Notes under the pieces: model-generated
Told to the model about the DNA's origin: nothing
Database searches by the model: none
The model's input: the letters and a program-made list of their open reading frames with translations, nothing else
From: an uncultured Candidatus Saccharibacteria bacterium
GTDB taxonomy: Bacteria > Patescibacteriota > Dojkabacteria > SC72
Direction of reading: 5' to 3'
Length of the DNA stretch: 64,000 nucleotides
Assembly (NCBI GenBank): GCA_964403155.1
Contig: CAYOEG010000002.1
Span: 8,147 to 72,146 of the forward strand
In this document: one piece after another, positions 38,358-49,122 of the stretch
Position numbering within the stretch: position 1 is the first letter of the stretch
Layout: each line of letters begins with the position of its first letter
Program-made: the position numbers and the translations under genes

Positions 38358-39980
38358 TTACATCATCCCACCCATTCCCATATCAGGTGCCATAGGTGCT
38401 TTATCCTTCTCTTCTGGTAAATCTGCGACTACTGCCTCCGTAGTAATCAACATAGTACCTACAGAAGCTGCATTAACCAACGCTAACCTAGTAACCTTAA
38501 CAGGATCTATAATACCAGTCTTAATCATATCCACATATTCACCAGTCTTTGCATTATACCCAGTATTATCATGACAATTAGCAGCCACCACAGCACCATC
38601 TTCTCCAGCATTCTCTGCAATCTGTTTCAATGGTTCACTTAATACAGTCTTGAGTATTTCTATACCCATCTGCTCATCAACATCATCTAGCTTAATATCA
38701 TTTAAAACAGCTTTAGCATTATGAAGTGCTAAACCACCACCAACAACAATTCCTTCCTCTATCGCAGCACGAGTAGCATGGATAGCATCTTCAATCCTCG
38801 CTTTCTTCTCCTTAGCTTCAGACTCGGAAGCAGCACCTACCATGATCACTGCCACACCACCATTAAGTTTAGCTAGTCTTTCCTGTAATTTCTCTCTATC
38901 ATAGTCAGAAGTTGTCTTTTCAATCTGTGCTTTGATCTCCTTTGCTCTCTCTTTAACATCAGATGCTAAGCCCTTCCCTTCCACAATGATTGTACTCTCT
39001 TTAGAAATCACAACCTTCTTTGCAGAACCTAGGTCTGCAAGTTCTACAGCTTCTAAAGTATTACCTAATTCCTCAGATACAAACTTTGCACCTGTTAATA
39101 CTGCGATATCTTTAAGCATCTCCTTCTTTCTATCACCAAACCCTGGAGCCTTAACTGCTACAACATCCAATGTACCTCTTAATTTATTAACTACTAAAGT
39201 TGCTAATGCTTGATTCTCAATATCATCAGCAATAATGACCAATGGTCTATCTGCAGCACTTAACACTTTCTCTGCAATAGCTTGAATATCTTGAAGATTT
39301 GAAAGCTTCTTATCTGTTACAAAGATATATGGATTCTCCATACTTGCTTCCAATGTCTCTCTATCTGTAACAAAATATGCACTTACATAACCATTATCAA
39401 ATTCCATACCCTCAGTATATTCAACCTCATCTGCAAAACCCTTTGCTTCCTCAACTGTTATTACTCCATCTTTACCCACCTTATCAAATACACCACCAAT
39501 CATATCCCCCAATTCCTTGTCATTATTTGTAGAGATCGTTGCAACCTGAGAAATCTCTTCCTTCTTAGAAATCTTTTTTGCAGATTTTCTTAATTCTTTT
39601 TCAACTAATTCCACACCCTTATCTATACCCCTCTTAATTGCAATTGGATTTGCACCTGCAGATACATTTCTAAAACCTGCATTTGCTATAGCTTGTGCCA
39701 ATACAGCAACTGTTGTGGTTCCATCACCTGCGAGATCATTTACTCTGTTAGATGCTTCTTTGATCATTTCAACTCCAACATTTTTAAATGGATCCTTGTC
39801 AGAAATCTCTTTTGCAACTGTTACACCATCTTTGGTAATAACTTGGGAACCAAATGATTTTGCAATTGCGACATTTCTTCCTTTGGGGCCTAATGTAGTT
39901 TTAACAACATTAGAGATAGTATCTACACCTGATTTTAAAGCTTTTCTTGCTTCTTCATTGTAAATTATTCCTTTTGACAT
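38358..39980 (-). CDS. groL: Chaperonin GroEL
   Basis: TLGPKGRNV, AGDGTTT, KAPGFGDR, GGM tail. Confidence 0.98.
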   Translation of the reverse strand: MSKGIIYNEEARKALKSGVDTISNVVKTTLGPKGRNVAIAKSFGSQVITKDGVTVAKEISDKDPFKNVGVEMIKEASNRVNDLAGDGTTTVAVLAQAIANAGFRNVSAGANPIAIKRGIDKGVELVEKELRKSAKKISKKEEISQVATISTNNDKELGDMIGGVFDKVGKDGVITVEEAKGFADEVEYTEGMEFDNGYVSAYFVTDRETLEASMENPYIFVTDKKLSNLQDIQAIAEKVLSAADRPLVIIADDIENQALATLVVNKLRGTLDVVAVKAPGFGDRKKEMLKDIAVLTGAKFVSEELGNTLEAVELADLGSAKKVVISKESTIIVEGKGLASDVKERAKEIKAQIEKTTSDYDREKLQERLAKLNGGVAVIMVGAASESEAKEKKARIEDAIHATRAAIEEGIVVGGGLALHNAKAVLNDIKLDDVDEQMGIEILKTVLSEPLKQIAENAGEDGAVVAANCHDNTGYNAKTGEYVDMIKTGIIDPVKVTRLALVNAASVGTMLITTEAVVADLPEEKDKAPMAPDMGMGGMM

Positions 39981-40005
39981 AGTAGTACTGGTTTAAGAAT
40001 TTAAA

Positions 40006-40308
40006 TTATTTTATGACTGCTAGGATATCTTCAACATCTAAAAGAAGATATTTTTTATTTTCAATTTCGATTTCTTCTGGAGAATACTTTTTGAAATATA
40101 TTTTGTCTCCAATTTTAACGTCAAACACTAATGTTTTTCCGTCGTTATCCTTACCACTACCAAGAGTTAAAATTGTTCCAGTTGCAGGTCTTTTGTCATC
40201 ACTCGCACTTGGGGGTAAAACTAAGCCACCTTTGGTCACCTGTTCTACTTCATCAGGCTGTACTAATACTCGTTTTCCTAGAGGCTGTATATTTGTTTTT
40301 GAGGACAT
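40006..40308 (-). CDS. groS: Co-chaperonin GroES
   Basis: IQPLGKRVLV, TKGGLVLP, EDILAVI. Confidence 0.96.
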   Translation of the reverse strand: MSSKTNIQPLGKRVLVQPDEVEQVTKGGLVLPPSASDDKRPATGTILTLGSGKDNDGKTLVFDVKIGDKIYFKKYSPEEIEIENKKYLLLDVEDILAVIK

Positions 40309-40313
40309 AATAG

Positions 40314-40369
40314 TTAGCAGATAAATTTAACGATTGCTAGAATTCTATCACGGCGGAAGACTTTGTCAA
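40314..40369 (-). promoter_or_regulatory. groES promoter with CIRCE-like operator
   Basis: TTGACA-16-TAGAAT (40369-40342); operator TTAGCAGAT-N9-GATTGCTAG at 40314-40340. Confidence 0.8.
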
Positions 40370-40371
40370 GC

Positions 40372-40956
40372 CTAAATAGTACCTTTTACCACTATTTTCT
40401 CTTCGAGAAGTTCTATATTCGTAATTGTTCTTCCAAGGAAGTTATTTTCACTAACAAGGATCAGGGCATCACTTATTCCCTTATTTATCTGTGTCTTAAG
40501 AGAACTTACAATTTTTTCTGGAATTAATTGATTTCCAACATAGATATTGGATACGTAGAGCTGAGCAGATTCTATGGAATCTTTTGATACATCAAGTCGA
40601 ATCCATGGAAGAGAAATATCTTGAAGATTGACCTTCACTAAGACATTCCAAACATCATCGTGCGGCATAACACAGACGTTCTCTATCATACCACCGTTGA
40701 TGATATTGGTATTTCCAAGTAGTAAAGCTGTTTCATCTGGATTAAGTTCTACAAAAGTAACATCCTCTTCTGAAAGCACGAAATCCTTAAATTTCTGGTC
40801 TAAGGATATGTCCGCAGAGAGATTACTTTTACAATGAAGCTGGGCCATCTCTTTTTGCAAATTACCTTGCCAAACAAAGTAAGAAATCACTGGGATGGAA
40901 ACTAAGCCAATTATCAAAAAGAATATTACTAACAAAACATTAAGCACTTTCTTCAT
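40372..40956 (-). CDS. Hypothetical membrane-anchored protein
   Basis: N-terminal TM; overlaps the murJ stop. Confidence 0.7.
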   Translation of the reverse strand: MKKVLNVLLVIFFLIIGLVSIPVISYFVWQGNLQKEMAQLHCKSNLSADISLDQKFKDFVLSEEDVTFVELNPDETALLLGNTNIINGGMIENVCVMPHDDVWNVLVKVNLQDISLPWIRLDVSKDSIESAQLYVSNIYVGNQLIPEKIVSSLKTQINKGISDALILVSENNFLGRTITNIELLEEKIVVKGTI

Positions 40957-42733
40957 CTCCCTTTCCTCTAAAAATTTTAGCCAGCATTCTCTTTATCCAT
41001 TTCTCGAATATATATACCTCTTCAATCTTAAACACCCTCGAACCTATCCAATATGATAACACTCCATACCCAGATGTTAAGGCTGTCAAAACTATGACAT
41101 ACATAGTTCTTGAAGTATCTAATTTGAAATCAAACAACTTAAATAGCAGGTACATCCCAATACCCATTAAAATAGTATTTAAGAATTTCACAAAGAAAGG
41201 TTTTACTGTGTTGTTGAATGTAATCATTTTAGTCTTTGCATTTAACAAAATGTACAGGATGAGAACTTCAACAATATATGAAATACCAAGGCCCAAAGAC
41301 AATCCACCAACTGCCATATCAGAATCACCCCTGTTTGTACACCATCTTGCGAAATCTTGGAAGAATGATTTGAATACTTCCCAGAAACCAGCACCGTCAG
41401 CTACAGAAATTTGTGAAAGCATCTGTTGCAATATTGGTCTCCAGTCATAGTAATGACTAAAGAAATTAGTAAGGAAATACGCCACTGCAATGTTCACTAT
41501 GATACTGATACCAATCCCTATGAGAGGTAGCCATGTTTCTTTTAATGCGTAGAATGCCCTTAGGATTATCTGATCTATTGTCTGCCCTAGTATGGAGAAA
41601 GACAGTAAGATTAAACACCAAGAGGTAAGGATTGTTGCTCTCCAGTCGAATGCACCAGAACCATATATCAATCTAACGATTGGAAGTCTTAAAACTACAA
41701 ATATTGCAATCATTGGCAACACAAGATACAAAGCAAATTGGATAGACGAATTAAATATTTTTTTAAATTTTTCTCTATGCTCAGGATCGCTATATTGTGC
41801 CAAATCTGGCAATGCTAATTGTGCTACTGCACTCCCGATAATATTGATTGGGAATTGATGAAGACTCAATGCATATTTGTATGAGCTAAGAGCTCCAGAT
41901 GCCAATGAGAAACTAATTAGAGTATTAACCACAGTATTAATCTGTTCCCCAATGATACTGATGGTTCTAGGTATTGCTAATCTTACCGCCTTGGTAACCT
42001 TCGAGTCTTTTATAGCTTCTTTGAATGTTTTAAAGGAGATTGAATATTTTTGTTTGTAATCGGAGAAGAAACTTGGAAGTTGCACAACCAAATGCAGTAA
42101 AGAACCTAACACTGCAGAGATAGCAATTCCTTCTACTCCCATCTTTCCAAATGCTACAAAGATTACTGGACCAATAATTAATGCCAAATTGTAGAAAAGT
42201 GGTGCAAGGGAAGTTACAAAGAATTGTTTCTTAACCTGTAGATAACCCGTAATAATACTGCTGAATCCCAAAAGTATTGGGGATAGCAGAGTTATTCTAG
42301 TGATAGTTACAAATAGATCGACATCTTCACTGTTTATCCTCTGTGTAAAATTCAAAGCTTTTTGTAAAAACTCTGAGCTTATTATTCCATTTGTTATCTG
42401 GGGTGTGAATATGAAAAATATACCTGCTAATACAATACATAAGACAGAGAGAAGGAGGCTGAGATGATTAAAGAATCTGTCTAATCTCTCTTTTCCATCT
42501 TTATACAGTACCTCAGAGAAGATTGGAATTATTGCTGCATTCAAAGAACCAGCTACTATGATTGTGAACAACATATCAGGTATGGTAAATGCCGCCCAAA
42601 AGATATCTAATTCGTGGGATACACCAAACAGTTGAGCAATGGTTCTTAATTTTATGAATCCCAATATCTTTGTAACGAGTAAAAGACTCATCACAATAAA
42701 TATTCCATTTCTATTCAGTCCTAACTTTCTCAT
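40940..42733 (-). CDS. murJ: Lipid II flippase MurJ
   Basis: KILGFIKL..IAQLFG, AAFTIPD, AIIPIF, RAFYALKETWLP, many TMs. Confidence 0.92.
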   Translation of the reverse strand: MRKLGLNRNGIFIVMSLLLVTKILGFIKLRTIAQLFGVSHELDIFWAAFTIPDMLFTIIVAGSLNAAIIPIFSEVLYKDGKERLDRFFNHLSLLLSVLCIVLAGIFFIFTPQITNGIISSEFLQKALNFTQRINSEDVDLFVTITRITLLSPILLGFSSIITGYLQVKKQFFVTSLAPLFYNLALIIGPVIFVAFGKMGVEGIAISAVLGSLLHLVVQLPSFFSDYKQKYSISFKTFKEAIKDSKVTKAVRLAIPRTISIIGEQINTVVNTLISFSLASGALSSYKYALSLHQFPINIIGSAVAQLALPDLAQYSDPEHREKFKKIFNSSIQFALYLVLPMIAIFVVLRLPIVRLIYGSGAFDWRATILTSWCLILLSFSILGQTIDQIILRAFYALKETWLPLIGIGISIIVNIAVAYFLTNFFSHYYDWRPILQQMLSQISVADGAGFWEVFKSFFQDFARWCTNRGDSDMAVGGLSLGLGISYIVEVLILYILLNAKTKMITFNNTVKPFFVKFLNTILMGIGMYLLFKLFDFKLDTSRTMYVIVLTALTSGYGVLSYWIGSRVFKIEEVYIFEKWIKRMLAKIFRGKGDEESA

Positions 42734-42828
42734 GTTTCAAAAGTGGAGTTTATGCGACTAATATCATAATTTAAACTTTACTATTTATCAATTCATATTA
42801 TTTTAACTCTTTGATAATACAATTTGGT

Positions 42829-43575
42829 ATGTTTGAACATATTATTGATTTTGTCTATCCCCAATATTGTTCTGTATGCCATCGGCATGGTGATTATCTT
42901 TGCGATAGATGTAGAAAGAATTTTAAAAGAAACCTTCCAGAATGTTATGTCTGCAGGAGGTTGTCTCCGAGCTATCTAACCCACACAAGTTGCAAAAAAA
43001 TCTCTTCTTTAAACCGGGTTTTTGTTGCTTGGGAATATAATAATGTTTCTTCAAAAATCCTCAAATTATACAAATACAGAGATGTTAAAGACATTTCCCA
43101 TCAATTAACTCACCTACTTATTGAAGAGTTACTCCGTTGTGGATTCAGTAGATATTTTGGAGATACGTTATTTATACCCGTACCAATCTCAAGCAAGAGA
43201 AAAATTGAACGAGGATTTAATCAGACAGATCAGATAGCTTTAGGTCTTGCTAGAAAATTTAGCCAAGATGTTTTATTAGACTTAGTTATGAGCAAAGATG
43301 TTAAGAATCATCGTGCTGGACAAAATATTGCACAAAGATATTTGAATAACGTCAATCCTTTTTATGTGCGTAATGGTCTTGAGTTATCGAAATACACCAG
43401 TATCACAATCATAGATGATGTAATAACAACAGGCATTACACTTGAGAATGTTGCCACTAAATTAAGACAGACCTACAATGCTAAGCTTGAAATAAATGCG
43501 ATCTGCCTTTTTAGAGGAAAACCATATTATTCTGATTCAACTGAGAGCTTGTTCAATTCTTCAACTATTGTCTGA
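42829..43575 (+). CDS. comF: ComF family competence protein
   Basis: CxxC zinc fingers, PVP, ERGFNQ, IIDDVITTG PRTase motif. Confidence 0.9.
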   Translation: MFEHIIDFVYPQYCSVCHRHGDYLCDRCRKNFKRNLPECYVCRRLSPSYLTHTSCKKISSLNRVFVAWEYNNVSSKILKLYKYRDVKDISHQLTHLLIEELLRCGFSRYFGDTLFIPVPISSKRKIERGFNQTDQIALGLARKFSQDVLLDLVMSKDVKNHRAGQNIAQRYLNNVNPFYVRNGLELSKYTSITIIDDVITTGITLENVATKLRQTYNAKLEINAICLFRGKPYYSDSTESLFNSSTIV

Positions 43576-45776
43576 TACACCTCTGTACCAGTTTGACTAT
43601 TGGTTTCAAGTATCTTTTTCGCAGCTTTTAGGTATGATTCATATACATCCATGTTCCCCTTTTGCTTATTAACCTCAGCAGCCAACATTATGGATGGGAT
43701 ATGCTGTGCATTTATACCAAGAGCTTTTGTAAGTGCTGATAATGCATTATCCTTATCACTATTTAAAACATAGACCTGCGCCTCGTTGTAATATATTGCA
43801 TAGTTTAAAGGATTAAGTTCTACCGCTTTCTCGAGAGAGTACAATGCATCTGTGGCATAGTCATTGAAACCCATTCCTACCAATCCTAGATATATTCCTG
43901 ATCTCGCTTCCCAGTTTGCATATACATCATTCGATATATCTATCGATTTTCTGGTGTAATCTAATGCGTAATTTTTCCACTTCCCAACATTTGTTATTAA
44001 TTCCGTATCTTCTTCTGTTCCGTCTTTTGAATACTTCTCTGCTGCAAGTCCAACTAATTCTAAATACATAGAACCTGTCTTTCTGTTAATCAATGGATTG
44101 TTTCCATCAAACTTCGCAGCTGTTGCATAGTAATAGGTCATAGAATTAACAAATGTTTGTCTTTGCTCCATCGTCGGTTCAACATCAGCATATTTTGCAT
44201 TTTGTTCGACATAGAATGATTCTGCTTTTAGCAAATATGCACTAGCAACAAATTTTGACCCCCAGAGAAGTAGTAAACCGAATCCAACACATGTTAGAAA
44301 TACTGTTAATACAATATTTAAATTGTATGACATCTTACCATTCTCACCATCAGGTCTTAGATTGGCTGTCCAAAGTTTAATAACAAATTTCTCTTCTGTG
44401 TTTTTACTTAGAATATCGAGCAATATGCATCTTAAGGCAATAAATACTAAGAGTAAGAGAAGAACCAATACTCCGTATACAGCGAAAAATGATCCCAAGA
44501 AAATGTAAAGGATTAACAAATCTAGCGAGAGAAGCATTAGACTCTTTCCAACCTCTTCTTTGTAAATCTTTACCCTACCCAGATCTCTTTTGATAATTTT
44601 TATTATCAAGAATCCAAATACTCCCCATGCAATTAACCAAAGCAATCCGTTGTTTGTAAACTGCGTGAATAGTTCACTTGCACCATAGTAGAAATTCACA
44701 TCGTTGTACTGCAGAAGATTTTGGCTAAGTGGTTTATAAAGGTTGTAAGAAATAGGATATGTATCCATACCCATACCGAAGAGTCCTCGTACGAAAGAAG
44801 AAACAAATACTGAAGCAGCGACAATCCATGACACATCTGAACCTAAGGAGACTTGGGCAACAATGTTAATACTATCAGGAATTATTACTTCTCTTAAAGA
44901 AGGTATTTGTAAAACTATCGTTGGAATTAAAACTCCCAATAAAACGCCTATTGTTGCGAAGAGGATATTCTTTTTGACCGCAGAGATAATTTTTAATCTT
45001 CGAATGCCAAACACCCACATTGCAATTGAAAGCAATATGAAGAGGATTATCAATCCGATCCCCTGATTTATTGAAAATATCCAGATATTTATCGCAGACA
45101 AGATCATAGAGATTATTGTAATTGTGAGTACAGTACTCTTTCCTGTTCGTTCTATTATGTAGTCGCTTAAAAATCCTAGATTGATTAGCATCAATATGAA
45201 ATTAGCAAACAGATGACTCTTTGCGGACCTAAGTAGTGGCAAACCATCTTGTGCAAGATCCTTGTATACAGGTATAAAACCCCATATATTAATACCCAAA
45301 AACGAAAGAATACTTAGTATATTCGTGATACTAAATCCAACAACGAAAGCTAATAATGCGATCTCAATCTCCTTGGTTGTTTTTATAAATGTCCTAGCAG
45401 AAAGAGATACTAGTAAGATACATACAAATGCTATGATTCCAGTTCCCAATTTCCCATCCATCCCCCATATACTGCTGCTTAAATCTTTGGAAAAAAGAGT
45501 TGAGAATATTAGAGACAGGAATATTAGCATAATTCCTCCGTCCAAAGCTCCTTTTAATAGGGTTAATTTCCCATCCCATACAAGCTTAACAATTTCTAAT
45601 GTAATAATGATTGTGCCAAGGAATAGCACTAACAAGCCAATTCCTCTCTCAGTCCAATCCCATGGGAAAGGAATAATTGATAATGGTGCTAAAAAAAGAA
45701 TTAGATAAAACAAGTATCTTTGTATCAATGGGATACTAAGCTTCTTTTTTTCTACAGTTTTTGATTCGGTCAGCAT
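43527..45776 (-). CDS. Polytopic membrane protein with C-terminal TPRs (O-antigen-ligase-like/TPR architecture)
   Basis: ~13 TMs, LFGMGMDTY, NGLLWL, TPR-like KAVELNP. Confidence 0.7.
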   Translation of the reverse strand: MLTESKTVEKKKLSIPLIQRYLFYLILFLAPLSIIPFPWDWTERGIGLLVLFLGTIIITLEIVKLVWDGKLTLLKGALDGGIMLIFLSLIFSTLFSKDLSSSIWGMDGKLGTGIIAFVCILLVSLSARTFIKTTKEIEIALLAFVVGFSITNILSILSFLGINIWGFIPVYKDLAQDGLPLLRSAKSHLFANFILMLINLGFLSDYIIERTGKSTVLTITIISMILSAINIWIFSINQGIGLIILFILLSIAMWVFGIRRLKIISAVKKNILFATIGVLLGVLIPTIVLQIPSLREVIIPDSINIVAQVSLGSDVSWIVAASVFVSSFVRGLFGMGMDTYPISYNLYKPLSQNLLQYNDVNFYYGASELFTQFTNNGLLWLIAWGVFGFLIIKIIKRDLGRVKIYKEEVGKSLMLLSLDLLILYIFLGSFFAVYGVLVLLLLLVFIALRCILLDILSKNTEEKFVIKLWTANLRPDGENGKMSYNLNIVLTVFLTCVGFGLLLLWGSKFVASAYLLKAESFYVEQNAKYADVEPTMEQRQTFVNSMTYYYATAAKFDGNNPLINRKTGSMYLELVGLAAEKYSKDGTEEDTELITNVGKWKNYALDYTRKSIDISNDVYANWEARSGIYLGLVGMGFNDYATDALYSLEKAVELNPLNYAIYYNEAQVYVLNSDKDNALSALTKALGINAQHIPSIMLAAEVNKQKGNMDVYESYLKAAKKILETNSQTGTEVYQTIVEELNKLSVESE

Positions 45777-45816
45777 ATCAGGCAGTTTGGATATTTTAGT
45801 TCATAAATCCTACCAT

Positions 45817-45847
45817 AAAAAAAAGAGGAGACCAACAGCCTCCTCTT
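45817..45847 (-). terminator. Intrinsic terminator after dnaK
   Basis: AAGAGGAG stem/CTCCTCTT followed by a T-run on the minus strand. Confidence 0.8.
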
Positions 45848-45867
45848 CTTTCAGAATCTAACAAGAA

Positions 45868-47769
45868 TTATTCTACAACCTCACCTTCTTGTGCTTTTTC
45901 TTCATCTTTTTTCTTTGATGAATCATCTACTTTTGGTTCTTCCTTAGGAGCTTCTTTTGCAGCTTTTTCATACATCTTTTTACCGACTTCTTGCATTGCA
46001 TTCATAAGCTCTTCAGTCTTTTTTTCTACCTCTACCTGATCAAAATCATCTTTCTCGATTAATTTCTTCAATTCATCGGATTTCTCAGTTAAATTCTTTT
46101 TATCCCCTTCCTCAATCTTGTCTCCATTTTCCTTAATAAGCTTCTCAACACTGAAGCAAAGAGTATCTGCTTCATTTTTCTTTTCAACTCTCTCCTTTTT
46201 CTTCTTGTCTTCCTCAGCATGTTTTGCCGCTTCATCTACCATCTTCTCAATTTCTTCATCTTTCAACCCTGTAGATGCAGTTATTGTAATCTTCTGTTCT
46301 TTCTTTGTAGCCATATCCAATGCTTTTACATTTAGAATACCGTTGGCATCGATAGAGAACATGACTTCAATCTGAGGAACTCCTCTTGGTGCAGCTGGGA
46401 TACCATCAAGTATGAATCTACCCAATGTTTTGTTATCTGCGGCCATTTCTCTTTCTCCTTGAAGAATATGGATTTCAACAGCAGGTTGATTATCAGCCGC
46501 AGTCGAGAAGACCTGTTTCTTCTCTACAGGGATTGTTGTGTTTCTTTCGATAAGCTTGGTCATAACTCCACCCAATGTCTCCAATCCTAATGATAATGGT
46601 GTGACATCCAACAAGGTGATATCTTTAACATCACCACCTAATACACCACCTTGGATTGCAGCACCAACACCTACAACCTCATCAGGGTTTACACCTTTGT
46701 TTGGTTCTTTGCCGAATATCTCAACAACCTTCTTCATTACAGCTGGCATTCTTGTCATACCACCCACCAGTAATACCTGATCAACCTCATTAGCTTTCAA
46801 ACCAGCATCTTTAAGAGCCTTCTTACATGGCTCCTCTGTAGAATCAATCAAGTCAGCTACTAACTTCTCTAATTGAGCTCTAGTTAATGTTTCCTTCAAA
46901 TGCTTTGGTCCACTTGAAGTTGCAGTAATGTATGGGATATTGATCTCGGTCTGTTCAGAACTAGATAGTTCAACCTTTGCTTTTTCTGCGAATTCCTTCA
47001 ATCTCTGAAGTGCGGTTCTATCATCCCTAAGATCCATGCCTTCTTTCTTCTTAAATTCATCTGCTAGGTAATCAATTATTCTCTGGTCAAAGTCATCACC
47101 ACCTAGGTGTGTATTACCATTTGTAGAAAGCACTTCAAATACTCCATCTCCGATTTCAAGAATGGATACATCAAATGTACCCCCACCTAAGTCAAAGACT
47201 ACGACTTTTTCATCTTTTCCCTTGTCCACACCATATGCAAGTGCAGCAGCAGTTGGTTCGTTTACAATTCTCTTAACATCCAAGCCTGCAATCTTACCTG
47301 CATCTTTTGTAGCTTGTCTTTGAGAGTCATCGAAATATGCTGGGACTGTGATGACTGCTTCTGTAACTTTCTCTCCAAGGAATGCTTCTGCATCTTCCTT
47401 CATCTTTGCAAGAATCTTTGCAGAGATTTCTTGTGGTGTATACCACTTATCTCTCATCTTAACCTCAACTCCGCCATTGGATGATTTTCTCATCTCAAAT
47501 GGAAGAAGTTTGATATCTTTCTGTACCTCTTGATCATCCCATGATCTACCTATTAACCTCTTTACAGAGTAGATTGTTCCCTCTGGATTTGTAACTGCTT
47601 GATTCTTAGCTAATACACCAACAAGTGTTTCGCCTTTATCATCTGCAGCTACAACAGATGGTATTAATCTTCCACCCTGTGCACTTGGTATTACATTAGG
47701 TTTTCCACCTTCCATGTAAGCCATTACGGAGTTTGTAGTTCCTAGGTCTATTCCTATTATTTTTGACAT
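45868..47769 (-). CDS. dnaK: Chaperone DnaK
   Basis: [31 protein letters not shown]. Confidence 0.98.
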   Translation of the reverse strand: MSKIIGIDLGTTNSVMAYMEGGKPNVIPSAQGGRLIPSVVAADDKGETLVGVLAKNQAVTNPEGTIYSVKRLIGRSWDDQEVQKDIKLLPFEMRKSSNGGVEVKMRDKWYTPQEISAKILAKMKEDAEAFLGEKVTEAVITVPAYFDDSQRQATKDAGKIAGLDVKRIVNEPTAAALAYGVDKGKDEKVVVFDLGGGTFDVSILEIGDGVFEVLSTNGNTHLGGDDFDQRIIDYLADEFKKKEGMDLRDDRTALQRLKEFAEKAKVELSSSEQTEINIPYITATSSGPKHLKETLTRAQLEKLVADLIDSTEEPCKKALKDAGLKANEVDQVLLVGGMTRMPAVMKKVVEIFGKEPNKGVNPDEVVGVGAAIQGGVLGGDVKDITLLDVTPLSLGLETLGGVMTKLIERNTTIPVEKKQVFSTAADNQPAVEIHILQGEREMAADNKTLGRFILDGIPAAPRGVPQIEVMFSIDANGILNVKALDMATKKEQKITITASTGLKDEEIEKMVDEAAKHAEEDKKKKERVEKKNEADTLCFSVEKLIKENGDKIEEGDKKNLTEKSDELKKLIEKDDFDQVEVEKKTEELMNAMQEVGKKMYEKAAKEAPKEEPKVDDSSKKKDEEKAQEGEVVE

Positions 47770-47794
47770 ATTATTTGTATTAAAAAATTATTTA

Positions 47795-48319
47795 CTATTT
47801 AGATACAACAACACGAGCTGGTCTAATAACTGTGCTGTCTAATATATAGCCTGGTTGTATCAGGTCATATATTTCACCACTGTTACCTTGTTCGATTGTT
47901 GTTACCGCTTCATGTACATTAGGATCAAATTTCTCTCCCTTTTCTGGCAGGTACTGTTTTAATCCAAATTCTTCCAATGATTTATTCAATGAGCTAAACA
48001 ATGAATCTGCTCCAGACATCCAGGCTTGTGCTTGTTCCTCTAGTTTCAAATCTTTACCGGACTTAATTGCCATACTTAAAGAATCCAATGTTGGGATTAT
48101 GGAATCACATAATCTCTTTCTAGATTGGAAGAGCATAATACTCATTCTTTTCTCAGAGCTATCTGCAAGATTATGATAATCGGCTAATGCTTTTTTAAGC
48201 TGATTGGTTAGAATAAGCTTTTCATCTTCCACTTTGTCGATATTAAGAGCTAATTCTTGTATCTGCTTTTCTAACTTCTCGCATTCTTTGCATTTGATAT
48301 TTTTCTCTTCTTTCTTCAT
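47795..48319 (-). CDS. grpE: Nucleotide exchange factor GrpE
   Basis: ALADYHN, FDPNVHEAV, GY...VIRPARVVV. Confidence 0.94.
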   Translation of the reverse strand: MKKEEKNIKCKECEKLEKQIQELALNIDKVEDEKLILTNQLKKALADYHNLADSSEKRMSIMLFQSRKRLCDSIIPTLDSLSMAIKSGKDLKLEEQAQAWMSGADSLFSSLNKSLEEFGLKQYLPEKGEKFDPNVHEAVTTIEQGNSGEIYDLIQPGYILDSTVIRPARVVVSK

Positions 48320-48337
48320 GGTTCTAGTTTTCTAATG

Positions 48338-49063
48338 TTATCTCCATCCTGACATGGATGACTCTAATGTGGTTTTAACCTCTTTCAATGCAGGGATTAC
48401 TTTCGAATAATCCATTCGTTTTGATCCTAATATTCCAACATACCCTGTCTCTCTTCCCCAAAATGGGATTTTGGTAAATGCCATTGCACAGTCTGCAAGT
48501 GTTCCAACTCCAGACTCGCCACCAATTAAAAGTGAGACTCCTGAGCCTGAGTATTTTTCCGTTATGTTTTTTAGAAACACATCATCTTCCAATATGTTCA
48601 CAATATTTCTTATTTTTTCTATTGATTGGAATTCTTCAAAGGTTAGTAATGTGGAAAGGCCAAAATATCTTATATCTTCATCTAAGATCAGGAAAACTAC
48701 AGAATCGGTTTCTTTAGACAAAATATGAAGCATTGATTTGATAACTATATCTTTTGAGAATCTATCTCTAAATATTCCTTGTCTAATTTCTATACACATA
48801 AGCGGATTAACGCTGTTTCTACCTAGTAAATCACTAACATACAATCTTAATGCTTGATCTGTTGGTAGTCTTCCTGAAGAGGAATGTGTCTTTTCTAGTA
48901 ATCCTAAATTCATTAGCTTGACCATTTCGTTTCGAATTGTTGCGGAGCTTACACCTAAATCATATTTTTCTACCAAAGATAGTGATCCCACTTCTTCAGC
49001 GTCTCCCATGAACTCTTTAATTATGGCCATTAGTATGGCTTTTTGTCTTTCCGTTATATCCAC
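48338..49063 (-). CDS. hrcA: Heat-inducible transcription repressor HrcA (short form)
   Basis: TERQKAIL, VGS, SSATIRNEM, HSSSGRLPT, GILGSKRMDY; GTG start. Confidence 0.92.
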   Translation of the reverse strand: MDITERQKAILMAIIKEFMGDAEEVGSLSLVEKYDLGVSSATIRNEMVKLMNLGLLEKTHSSSGRLPTDQALRLYVSDLLGRNSVNPLMCIEIRQGIFRDRFSKDIVIKSMLHILSKETDSVVFLILDEDIRYFGLSTLLTFEEFQSIEKIRNIVNILEDDVFLKNITEKYSGSGVSLLIGGESGVGTLADCAMAFTKIPFWGRETGYVGILGSKRMDYSKVIPALKEVKTTLESSMSGWR

Positions 49064-49064
49064 G

Positions 49065-49120
49065 TTAGCAGATACTAAGATTAGGTGCTAAAGTATATGG
49101 TAGAAAATATGGAGAGTCAA
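49065..49120 (-). promoter_or_regulatory. hrcA promoter with CIRCE-like operator
   Basis: TTGACT-17-TATACT (49120-49092); operator TTAGCAGAT-N9-AGGTGCTAA at 49065-49091. Confidence 0.85.
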
Positions 49121-49122
49121 TA

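Noticed and set aside
38322-45847. Identical AAGAGGAG/CTCCTCTT stems after groEL and dnaK as a repeat family
   Set aside because: Only 8 bp with different loops; adequately explained as ordinary terminators.
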